Origin: Thalia democratica
Taxonomy: Eukaryota
Assembly: GCA_965202585.1 (NCBI GenBank)
Contig: OZ241828.1
Coordinates: 17,608,001-17,672,000, forward strand
Direction of reading: 5' to 3'
Length of the DNA: 64,000 nucleotides
In this document: positions 9,595-20,946 of the stretch, piece after piece
How positions within the stretch are numbered: the first letter of the stretch is position 1
Layout of the letters: each line of letters begins with the position of its first letter
Translations under genes and position numbers: made by a program
Notes under the pieces: model-generated
Database searches by the model: none
What the model saw: only the letters and a program-made list of their open reading frames with translations
What the model was told of the DNA's origin: nothing

Positions 9595-10566
9595 ATCTGT
9601 TGTAAATTATAAACAAAATGATTTAAAACTCTCAAGTTAGTTTTTAGTTGCTGATAAAATTTAGATTATTTTACCATTTAACGTAAAAAGTAAGATTTTT
9701 TTAAACTTAATAACGTAAACTACTGATCATAGTTTTTTTGGACTTTGGCAAATTTTATGTGTGTTATCTTGCTTGAGACACAGAAACATATTTAAGTTCA
9801 ATAAAGAAAGTGTACTTTAAACATTTGTTGTTATAATATATTGAATAATATAAATGAATACTAGGTTATCGAAATTGAACTATTCAAATTACTTTTGAAC
9901 TAACTAAAATTTTATATTTTGAATTATTAGCTTAACTGTATGATTAAATCAAAATGTTTGAAAACAACTTTATTCTCCATTTTTCAATCCTTATGGAATT
10001 TAAAACTGTAACAGGATATCAACTTGATTACTGTTTAGATTTGGTTTGAAGTTTTGAGCTAAAAGTTAATTCAAGCGGTTAAGAGAAAGCTTGCAAATTA
10101 ATATTTTATTTACTTATATATTATATAAATTTATATAACAAATAAAATGATACTTAAGGCACTTTGTCATTTTTTAGCTATGACTGTTACTGGTTGTATG
10201 TTTTTTCTTTTGTTTATTATGTTTACCATTTCGTATTTTACGAGAGCTTGTTATGTGAAGTTTTACTAAAATTATGTGCTATAAAGTGAGTTTTATGTTT
10301 ATATAAATGAAACAAAAGTTGAGTTTGTCAGCTTATTATAATTTAATAGTTTGTTTTTCATTAGAAGAAATAGGTAAATTAGTAAAACAAATAAATGAAG
10401 TTTTTGGTAATTGAAAAGTAAAATTACAAACTATTTGTTTACTGTAGTTTGCATAGAAACAAAAAATGTTGTGAAAATTTAGAAAGAAATGCATTTGAAA
10501 GGGCATATTACGTAAGATGTATATTTTAAGAAAAAAAAATTTCGCTCAGTATTAGTGCTAAGCTTT

Positions 10567-10695
10567 TAGGGTGGAGGCGGGGACGTGGTGGTTACGGGAG
10601 AGCGACAGCGTGTGGTGAAGAACCCGTAAACTTTTTTAATTTTTTTTTTCTAAAGTCGATATGGTGCAATCTTGTGGGTTTGCGACACCTAGCGG
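10567..10695. promoter_or_regulatory. GC island, candidate promoter (unit 1)
   Basis: GC/CpG-rich patch in ~20% GC DNA. Sp1-like GGAGGCGGGG at 10573 and CTCF-like GCGACACCTAGCGG at 10682-10695. Lies between the divergently oriented kelch and plus-strand exons. Confidence 0.5.
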
Positions 10696-10798
10696 ATAAA
10701 AAAATTAGAAATTTAACTTTGATTTTTATTTAAAATAAACTAATTTCGCGATGTGTTTAAAAATCGTAATCAATTAGGCAGTTTTACAATTTTATTAG

Positions 10799-12258
10799 AA
10801 GTCAGAGCTTAAAAACCTCGGGAACTTCTTTAAGATAATGGAAAGATTTACGGTTTTATATTTAATTAAAGATTAACGTTATTATAATGAAGTAAAGTCT
10901 AAGTTTTAACAAGTTTTTTAAAGTCAACAAGTTAAACTGCATATATTATAAAATCTATGAAAAACTGTGAAAATTTATTAAATTTTATTGCTTTGATTTT
11001 AAGTAAATGAGCTATATTAAATTTATTTAAACTATAACAACATAAATAACAAGCTATTTAAAAACTAACATTAATTGAAGCAATTACAGCAAAAGCTAAA
11101 CTACAAAGTAAAATTTCATTTTTAAATGAACTAATTAATGTTTTTTTTTTAATTCGGATAAACTTAATAATAAATGCATATTTCTAAGTACAACATTTCT
11201 AAAACAGCACTCATTACAGCAGATAAATCAAGGTAATGGAGTACAATACAAAACCAGAAAAAGTGGGTTTGAATCTTTATGTTAAGCTTAAAGCCATGTG
11301 AAATTTTATATTTATTATCACGCTTCTTATACATAACTCGTAATTATTTGTCCTTTAAAGTTCAAATAATATTTTTGTTTGATAGTACGATTGTTATAAT
11401 TAACTTTAGCAAAATCGATCTAACACTTGTAAAAGGTTGCCGTACCCTCTACTTCACAAATGTATAACAAATAGTTTTTCTTGTAAACATTATTGTTGTT
11501 TTCTTTTTAAAGTTTGCAGTTTGTTTTAACACGCTTAAACGTATTTTAAAAAAGCTATACATAAAAGCTGTATCTTAAATTAAGAAAAGCTGTATAGAAA
11601 TTAGTAAAAGCTTAGAAGTAGAGCAACGAATAAAACTTATGAAAAGTTATTAACTCATGTTTGTTTGTTATTCAAAAAACGAGATTTTTAAGTAAATTTT
11701 CTGTCTATGTATGAACTCAAGTTAAATTTATTAAAAATTTTACAATAAAAATGATTTTTTTTTTCAAAGCTTATAAAAGTTTCAGTAATTCTTCCACTTT
11801 CATAAAATACTAACGTACAAAATTAAAGGTTCGTATTTAACTAAACATAAATTTTTTTGAATCAAACATTGTTTGTTTTTTCTCTGGTTGGAGTAAACTT
11901 TACATATAAATGCTTATAGTTCCTAAAACAGTAGTCATTACAGTCATAAAAGCAGATTAAGCGAGGCGATGGAGTAAAGTACCCACCAAGACAAAACGGG
12001 TCTGAATCTCGGCAAAAATTATATCAAGCTTAACTTTACATTAAATTTTTATTATAATTATCAGGCTTTTAATACATAATTTGTAACCACTTATCCTTTA
12101 TACTTTAAAATCGTGTTTCTTATTGATAATACAATTATTTCATGTAACTTTAGCCCGCGGAAAACTTTTTATATATTCTGCTCGCAACTCTTTCTAAAAA
12201 GAATGGCCTTTTACCTATAAAAGGTTGCCGTACCTTGTATTTTACTCGTGTTAAATAA
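10799..12258 (+). pseudogene. Cryptic spliced small gene, duplicated, A-type (frameshifted)
   Basis: Exon 10799-10852 (KSELKNLGNFFKIMERFT), an exon at ~11208-11280, and terminal codons GCRTLYFTNV* (11435-11467) and GCRTLYFTRVK* (12223-12258). Relative to B there is a 46-bp deletion in the first terminal exon and a +1 A in the second. Confidence 0.45.
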
Positions 12259-12637
12259 ATAGTCTATTTTCTAAATAGTATCTTTTTTTTTTATTATAAA
12301 ATGTATTATCTATGTCTGGTGTACTACCTGACAAAAAGCAAGTCGTGTTTGTTATGCGCAAATTATAAGTAGTTTATAAAAAATATCACAGTAAAGTAAT
12401 GTTCAAACAATGTATAAATAATAGAAATTAAAAGTAGAACGGATTTTACATTAAAGTGTGTATTTTGATTTTAAAATTAGCCGCAATAAAATAAACTAAA
12501 TATTAAATAAACTCTACTTAACAATTTATCTTTCAACTTGTCATAAGCAAAAAGCTAAATGTCTATTAATCGGATGTTTGAAATAGTAGCTATAGCCAGT
12601 TAACATAAGCTTTAATTCTTTTTGAAAAAGATTCATT

Positions 12638-12675
12638 TAAGCACTGACGATGTCTTTGACCGAAACTTAGTTTGT
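12638..12675 (+). ncRNA. Degenerate minimal type-I hammerhead ribozyme motif (Penelope-type), unit A
   Basis: CTGACGA-T-GTC-TTT-GAC-C-GAAAC-TTA-GT-T: core CUGANGA and GAAA, 3-bp stem II, minimal stem III, only a 3-bp stem I, followed by AAATAAAA. Confidence 0.55.
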
Positions 12676-14338
12676 AAAATAAAATCTTGAAAGAATAAAT
12701 TCATTATTTCTCCTATAGTAGCTAGTTAAGTGCTTTATCTAAACCCGAAATCGTTAAACTTAACATAATAATTCTAAAAGTTAAGTATTGAGTACACAGA
12801 GATTTTATAGAAACTAAATACCTATACAATAAAGATATCTTTAGACCCCAACTAACATTATACAAGAAAGTATTTTTGTAGTTTTTTGTGTACGCAGTAT
12901 ATGTGTTTAAAGTTGTTTCAATTTAGTTGAAAAATAACCGAAAGGCTTGCGTTAAATTTAAAATAATGAGCTGAAACAATTTTTTTATTAATTTAAATGA
13001 CACAAAAGTTTCGTTGTTAAAATTTGTTGGTATACTGTAACTTTCTACCAAAATTTATGTATAGTTTAGCAGTTTTAAATTCATCAAAGAGCTGCGTTTA
13101 AAGTTTTAAAAAAATATTTGGTATCCAGTTAAACTTCTCAATAACAGGTTCAGAATGATAAAGTAGATAATTTCTACTTATTTAAGCTATAATTTTCAGC
13201 TTCAAGCTGAGTAATAATTAAATTGTATTTTATCGCGTTCATGTGATTTCTTTAGCAAGTTTCTTACTTTTGTAAGTTTATTATATAACCTCTAACTTAT
13301 TTTGATAATATACTGCATTGACAAAAGTAAAAATATACAAAATACAACCAGGCTTGGTAGAAACAATTTCCAGCAAAGTTTGCCATAAAAAGTGTCATTC
13401 GACTTTAGAACAAGTTTATTTCATTTATACTGTAAAAATCAGATTTCATTACATAAAATTAGTAGCTTTTAACTTCCCGAAACACGACATTGTTAGAGTG
13501 AAAACTTGCAGTAGCTAATAACTCGTACTTTAACAGTGTTTATTTTACCAAAATTTAGTTTTAAAATAGGATATTTTAGTGATAGCTGCAGCCCGCAGCA
13601 ATCTTATTCTTTATAAAGTGCAGCCCGTGAATAACTCAACATAGAAAAATGACTATTTAATTGTCAAGTCTGCCAATTTAACTGATAATGAAATGCTGTA
13701 GCTACATAACTTTTAATTGAAATTAACACAAATTTATTTTTTTAGGAAAAATTGTTATAAATAAATTTTTGTTATGTTTTCACACCAGAGCCCTACAGTG
13801 TTATTTGACGTGAGAACCTAAACAAATCACATTATATTTTAATAACATGTTCATAAACAAGCACGAAGAAATTTGCAAAGCAGGTCCTTTTTTAAATACA
13901 TACATGGACAGCAAAATATTTCAGTTTAAACGCCGTTGATCAAGAAAACAAAAATTTTTTTAGAACCTTAACTACGTTCGTAAAATCTACCCTTCAGTAA
14001 TGATATTAACAACTGCAAGACTACCATGATAAAAAAAACTAGTACATACTAATTATCTCGTTAAATATAATTAACCGAATTATGCTTATTAAACGTCTTG
14101 GTCTTTACCCTTTTCGTGTTCGATGCATTAACAACTTTTTATAACAACTTCAGTAAGGGACTATTTCTTATCAGAATTATGCAGTGCACAATAATTGTAA
14201 ATACAAAAACATTTAAATTGATTTTTGAACTTTTGTAACCTTATGTAATTCTGTAACTTTATTTTAGATAAAAAACAGTTTATAACAGAACACAATTTAT
14301 TTAATACACGAAAAAAACATAATATTTGAAGATTGCAT

Positions 14339-17300
14339 TCATTCCACGTTTTTCACACGTCCAACGTCAGCAACAAGTGAAGACAATCGGAAAGACCTGT
14401 AAGAATAATATACAATTAATAAAACGGAAAAATTATTGATGCTTTTTAAACTAAAAATTGGTAATATTTCATTTAATAATTAAAACATATTAGTGAACAG
14501 ATGCCGTGAAAAGTGGCTGAAACTCAATATAAACGTAACATGTAATAAAAATGCATCCTTCAAACTTGTAGCTTTTGCAGTCAAAACAACAGTTTATTAA
14601 CAATTTACAAATAAAAAAATGCAAGCAAGCAATACAAACTAAATAAATTTATCAATTTTAATAATTAAACGTGTTCAAAGTTTTGATAAAATCATATAAC
14701 TTAGCTATTAAATACCACAAAGAAATAAATTATAGTTCTGTGAAACAAAATAGCTTCCACAGCTTCAAACTTTTTAATAACCTCTATTTCACAAGTACTA
14801 TATTTTAGTCTCTTTAAAATTAATTGTAGACTTGTAACAAAAATTATAGTAAAACAATCAAAAAACATACAAGTTTAAAATGTTAGCTACAAATTCTAAA
14901 TGTTATTGAAAAATAACACCAGCTTTTTAATTTGACTTAAGTAAGTTTATCTCAAAGCTTATAAAATTTATACATATGTAAACAACAAATAAATAAAGAC
15001 GTTTGAATGATTAAAATTAACAACACTTTTTTTTACTTTTAACAAGTTTGATTGAGCAATGCTTACAAATTTTCTTTACAAAAGATAATAAATACTCAAA
15101 AAATAAATTAATAGAACAAAAATTCGAGTAAATTTGAGAAAAATAATTATAATAGCAATCGAAACAAACGATATAAAATTTATAAATTATAAAATCTAAA
15201 TAAGATAATTAGAAGGAGCATAGACTATTTAAAAGCTTTGTTTTTCAATCATAGTTGTCACAACTGTTATTAAATTTAGTAAATAAAAATTTATTTACAT
15301 TAAAACAGATTAAAATATTATAATAAATTGGACAAAATAAAATGAGAAAATACTGCACTATTTGTTGGTCTAGTAATTTAAACAAATGTAATTTTAATAG
15401 CTCTCAAATTTGCTATGATACACCGCTAAGTTAAACATTTTATTTAATTTTGGTTAAATTAATAAATACATATTTTTTCTTATGTTCAAAATAAACAGTC
15501 GATTTATAAATCAAATTCAAAACTCTATTTAACTATATAAAACACCAAGCACTAAAGAAACACTTTGGATTTATTTAAAAAATTTCAGTATCAGATTATT
15601 TTTTCTATATGTTGAACAAAACAGTTTTTAAATTATTTGTAATTGTAATTACTTACTTATTGTTACACTTTGCATAATTAATGAGATTTAGTGACAGAGA
15701 GGACCACCGGTTCCGCATCAGTGATTTGTCATCGGTGAACCAATTCAAGACACTGAAAAAAAATTATAAATATTACAATTCATAGAGTTGATTTAAACTG
15801 GTATTAAATATTTAGTTAAGCATTTTATTTAAACACAATAGGTATATAGAATATGTAAAAATTTGTGGCCACATTGTTAAATATTAAGCATGTTCCATCA
15901 CAATTATCATTGTTTTCTTATGATTTCTTAATAAGATAACTAGCAAACTAAATTTCAATAAATTTCTTTAAAAATATAAAAACTAAGTATAATGTGCAAC
16001 AGTTGTATGAAAAATGTTAGCAGGAATAATTAAAACGACATATTCTGTAAAAAAAGTTTCGGAGGTTATTGTTCTGATAAGTTCAAATTTGTCAGTAAAC
16101 TGAACTGTATAATTATTTCTTGACATACAGATTAAAATGTCAAGTTGACTAAAAGGTTTGTAGTTTGTTGTAGATGAAAAGTTTATAGAAGTTCAAATGA
16201 CCAGTTTGTAGAGAGCATATTTATTTTTTATAAACTTTGTAAATTGAAACTGTGAAAAACACTCTTGAAAGTATTAATGATTATAAATAACTAATTTTTG
16301 TACTAATATGTACTAACTAATATGTACTATGATTACTTAATTTAAACTACTGATATGAAAACACACTGTTCAAATATTACTTACATTTCAGGCCACCTGT
16401 ATTGAACAATAAATTTTACTACTATTTTTTATGCTTTACTACACCACTATACATATTAAACACAACATTATAAGATACTAAGTTTTACAACTACTATATT
16501 TTAGTCTCTTTAAACTTAATTGTAGATTTGTATACAGTATATACAAGTTAACATGTAATAAAAAAGCATCCAACAAACTTGTAGCTTTTGCAGTCAAAAC
16601 TACAGTTTGATAAAAATTGACAAAAAATTAAATGCAAGCAAGCAATACAAACTAAATATATTTATTAATTTTAATAATTATATGTGTTTAAAGTTTAATT
16701 AAAATCATACAACTTATAAATAAAGACGTTTGAATGATTTAAATTACCATTTTATTGAAATTAACAACACTTTTTATTTTTAACAAGTTTGTTTGAGCAA
16801 TGCTTACAAATCTTAACTAACTTATTTTCCTTTCAAAAGATGATAAATACTCACATAATTAATTTACCAAACAAAAATTCGAGTTTAAATTATTAAAATA
16901 GAAATCAAAACAAACAAATGAAATTAATCAATTATCAAACCTAAATAAGATATTAGAAGGAGCATACACTATTTAAAAGCTTTATTTTTTAATCATAGTT
17001 GTTGCAACTGCTAATAACTTTTTCTCTACTAAATTTTAGTACATTAAAACAGTTTATTATATTATAATAAATTTGACAAAATTAACATTGCTCAATATGA
17101 GAAAATACTGCACTATTTGTTGGTTTAGTAAGTTATACATATGTAACTTTAATAGTTATCAAGTTTGCTATGATAGACCGCTTAGATAAACATTTTACTT
17201 TACTTTGATAATATCAATAAAAACATCTTTTTTCTTATGTTTAAAATAAACAGTAAATTTATAAACCAAAACTCTATTTAACCATAAAAAAAAACCCCAA

Positions 17301-18904
17301 GCACTAAAGAAACACTTTGAATTTATTAAAAAAATTTCAGTATCAGATTATTTTCTATAAGTTGAACAAAACAGTTTTTAAATTATTTGTAATTGTAAAT
17401 ACTTACTTATTGTTTCACTTTGCATAGTCAATGAGATTTAGTGACAGAGAGGTCCACCGGTCAGTGATTTGTCATGGTCAGTGATCAAATTTAAGAACAG
17501 AAACTGAAAAAAAAAAAAAAAGTTATAAATAATATAATACATAAAGTTGATTTAAACTGGTATTTTTATTAAAATAGTCATGTGTGTGCATGTCTAACAA
17601 CTTAAGTAAAGTACACACAACTGTTATGCTAACAGACATTATAAATTTGTTTAAAAAATCATAAAAATATTACTTTTAATAAATGTGTTTTACTCATTAT
17701 AAATACAAACAAGTTGGTTTACATTAAAAATAATTCTCATAGTATAAAAACAACATTGCCACTCTATAAAACAAAAAACTATCCTTAGTGACCTTGTACA
17801 GTCTTAAGTCATCCTGTGCTTTTTTTCAAATCATATTAAAAATCTTAATTTAATTGAAATAAACTTTTCAAATCAATATGAATCATGTTTTAAAATAAAA
17901 CAGGTTATAAAATATCAAAACATTGTTACTGGACCAACTTTATCTGTATCAAGATCTAGAAAAAAAAATAGCCTAAGACTTTTAAAAACATAAAACTATT
18001 TTGAGTTGTCCTTACTCAACCTTAGTTAGATTTAAAAAATTTAAACTCTGCTGAACAATATTGAGTATTTTGAATGTATGGCAAGCATGATACAAAATAC
18101 TTATAAACTTTTGGTAAAAATGAAAAGTATTAATAATTTGATCTATTTTTACAACATTACACTTATATAAAGATAAAATGTTTTAAGAGAAAGTGTTGCT
18201 TAAGAAAAAATTAATTTTATATATTTAGATATATAAATGTAAAAGTACTGGGTGTAAGGGACTGGGATGGGGGCTTATAAATTTATATGCTCATCTGTTT
18301 ACCAGAGGTCTTAACTACTTTATCTACTTTATAGATAGCTGATGTATCAATTAAATGTTATTTGTCATCAGTCACCTAAAGGTTAGAATTTTTTTCTATA
18401 CCCTTAATAGGTTTTAACCAAAACGCTTTGTAAAATTTTAGCATGGGTGGCATACTTTCAGAAAAAAAGAATAGTTTAAGTTTGTGTATCAGGTTAAACC
18501 TTTTTTAAAAACTTGTAAATAGTTATATAAAATAGTTATTTACTGCTATGATCAAATTATATGTTAATGAAACTAAAGCTTTTAGCTTTTGTGTTTTACC
18601 AGGTAAAATGTATTATACTGTTATCTTAATCTTCAAATTACATACATGGTTTGTCTTATAGTATGGCTCTGTTTGATATATAAGAGTTGAACAACTCTAA
18701 GTTGTAGATAATAATACTATCATTGAAATATACTCACCACTGTACTATACCAAAAACTTGCAGAAATAAATTTATTGGGTGGATTATATAAGAAGATATT
18801 CTTGTAAACAAACTTTCAAAACACTAGGTGCTTATTTCTTTTTTTAAGTATTCGCTGTTCAAATACTAGTCATATCACTTACAACAGTATTGAGTATTGA
18901 CATT
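14339..18904 (-). pseudogene. Multi-exon minus-strand locus with microexon, unit A
   Basis: Exons with AG/GT boundaries and matching phases: 18904-18883, 18800-18738, 18375-18303, 17955-17922, 16396-16385, 15752-15657, 14396-14339. One in-frame TAA in the 73-nt exon. Confidence 0.5.
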
Positions 18905-20946
18905 CTATATGAAAAATATTTACTTTTTTTATAACCGATAAATATCAATATGTACGGAACCCAATTTACAAATTAACTAAAAAAAAATTACGTTTAAAAT
19001 AACCATGCTATAAAATTAAAAATCAAAAAAATTAAATTCTTGCAATATTCACAAATTTAAACATACTATCAAAAAATTACAAAATGTTAAATTTGACTAA
19101 TAAAACTAGGTTTTAATAAAAACATTTTTAATAGATTTCTTTATAAAAATTGTTACAACAGAAAGTTATTTTTACATCTATAAAACTCGCACAAATAAAC
19201 GTTTTAGAACGTTTGTATAATGTTTCAATTTTTTTTTAAATAGAGTAGTTTTATCCGTGAAAAACTATGTGAATGAAAGTTAAACTTCAAAACAGGAAAA
19301 GAAAGCAGTTACTAGTTAATGTTATATTTACCAGACCAAAAAAGTACAGAAAAACAAGTTTAATATTTTTTTGTTTAACAATACATATGGTTGAAAAAGT
19401 TTAATTTTTGCTTCAGAATTTAAAGAATATTAAAATTTATTTTGGATTTTTTACATAACAGTTTATACCATATATTTTGAAATTTAAAAGCGTCAATTAG
19501 CCTAAACAAGTTAAAACGTCTTATTTTTGTATTGTATGTCTATAAAAAAAACAGTAGTTAAGTTGGTGTCTATTGTTAATGTTATTTTAGTTTATAAACT
19601 TTTCAGTTGTTGGTTTTATGAGTATACATGTAAAACCGCGGTTATTTTTCTTAATGATTTTTGTAAAAAAAAATATCTTTAAAACTTAACTTTTATCAAT
19701 ACTTGTGCAAATGATATAAAAACTCCAAACTTAAATATTAAATTAATTCAATAACTGCTTACTTAGATGCTTTAAACAGCTTTCTTATGATATGATTATG
19801 ATATGATTATGATTTACTAAACTTAAGTAAAAGAAAAAAAATGTAGCATAATAAAGTTAAATAAGCATTTGTAAGCAAATTTTAAAATTTTTCTAGTAAC
19901 TAATATTGTTTCAAACAAAAAAGTTTATGTAAAAAAAAAATTACAAAACGAATAGTAAAAACTTTTTTAACTTTTTATATCATATATCAATATAAAACAC
20001 AGCAAACAGCTTGATGAGTAGTGATGACACGACAATAAAGGAATTGCTTATTTATGGTTGATACTCATTTTTTCTTAAAAGTTTTATCTTCAATTTACTA
20101 CTCTTTGTATTAGCACTTATATATGCTACCTTTTGTTAACTTCTTACACTTAAATAATGATTTAGCCGCCACTAATAGCTGTAATAGTGCACCAAGTAGT
20201 AGGTTAAATGAAATGCTAAGTATGTGGGGAAGTAGTGGTCACAAAACTTCGGCAACAAGTAGTCCAAGTAATTGAACTATTTGTAGTCCAAGTAGTTGGA
20301 CAACCTGTAGTACAATTAATTAAACAACCTGTAGTCCATGTAAATAAATGTTAAATAAAAATGTTGTATATTAATTTTTTTTTCATTTAAATAGATTTGA
20401 AATAATGACCAACAAAATTCAATAGGATTATATCGGCTAGATCCGCATAGTAATTACTAACTGGGATACTGCCAGATCCAGATCTAAAAAGGGATTATCA
20501 TGCTTGATCCGGTATATTAGTTATTTGAACAGCCCCGTCAAGGACAAATTTTATCTTGATTCGAACCGCCGATTAAAAACGTTGTCCACTTTTATACTAA
20601 ACTAAAAAAGAAATTATGTACTACCAGTAAATAAAGTTTAATAAGATTACCAAGTTCATAAGATTATAGTATTATAGTATATCGGCTAGATCCGTATAGT
20701 AATTTCTAACCGGATCTAAAAAGGGATTACCATGCTTGATCCTTAAACTTAATCCGGTATAGTAGTAATTTGTACTGCCCTGCCAAGGACTAATTTTATC
20801 ATGATCCGGACCGCCGATGCCCACCCCTATACTAAACTAAAAAAGAAGTTTTGTAATACTAGTAAATAAAGTTTAATAAACACTTAAACATTTTGATAAA
20901 ACACTTTATCACTATATGAACACACTTTTGCATACAAACAGATCTT

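Noticed and set aside
15657-18800. Faint resemblance of the minus-strand peptide to sulfotransferase motifs (…NPPNKFISASFWY…; …SLNLIDYAK)
   Set aside because: Key Arg residues are absent and the motif spacing is far too short. It cannot be supported without a profile search.
20550-20610. Perfect Pol III B-box (GGTTCGAATC, minus strand) suggesting a tRNA or SINE
   Set aside because: It is not conserved in other units (GGTTTGAATC, GGTTCGATTC) and there is no cloverleaf. The paralogous copy shows it is a mutated subterminal CGGATC motif of a hAT-like relic.
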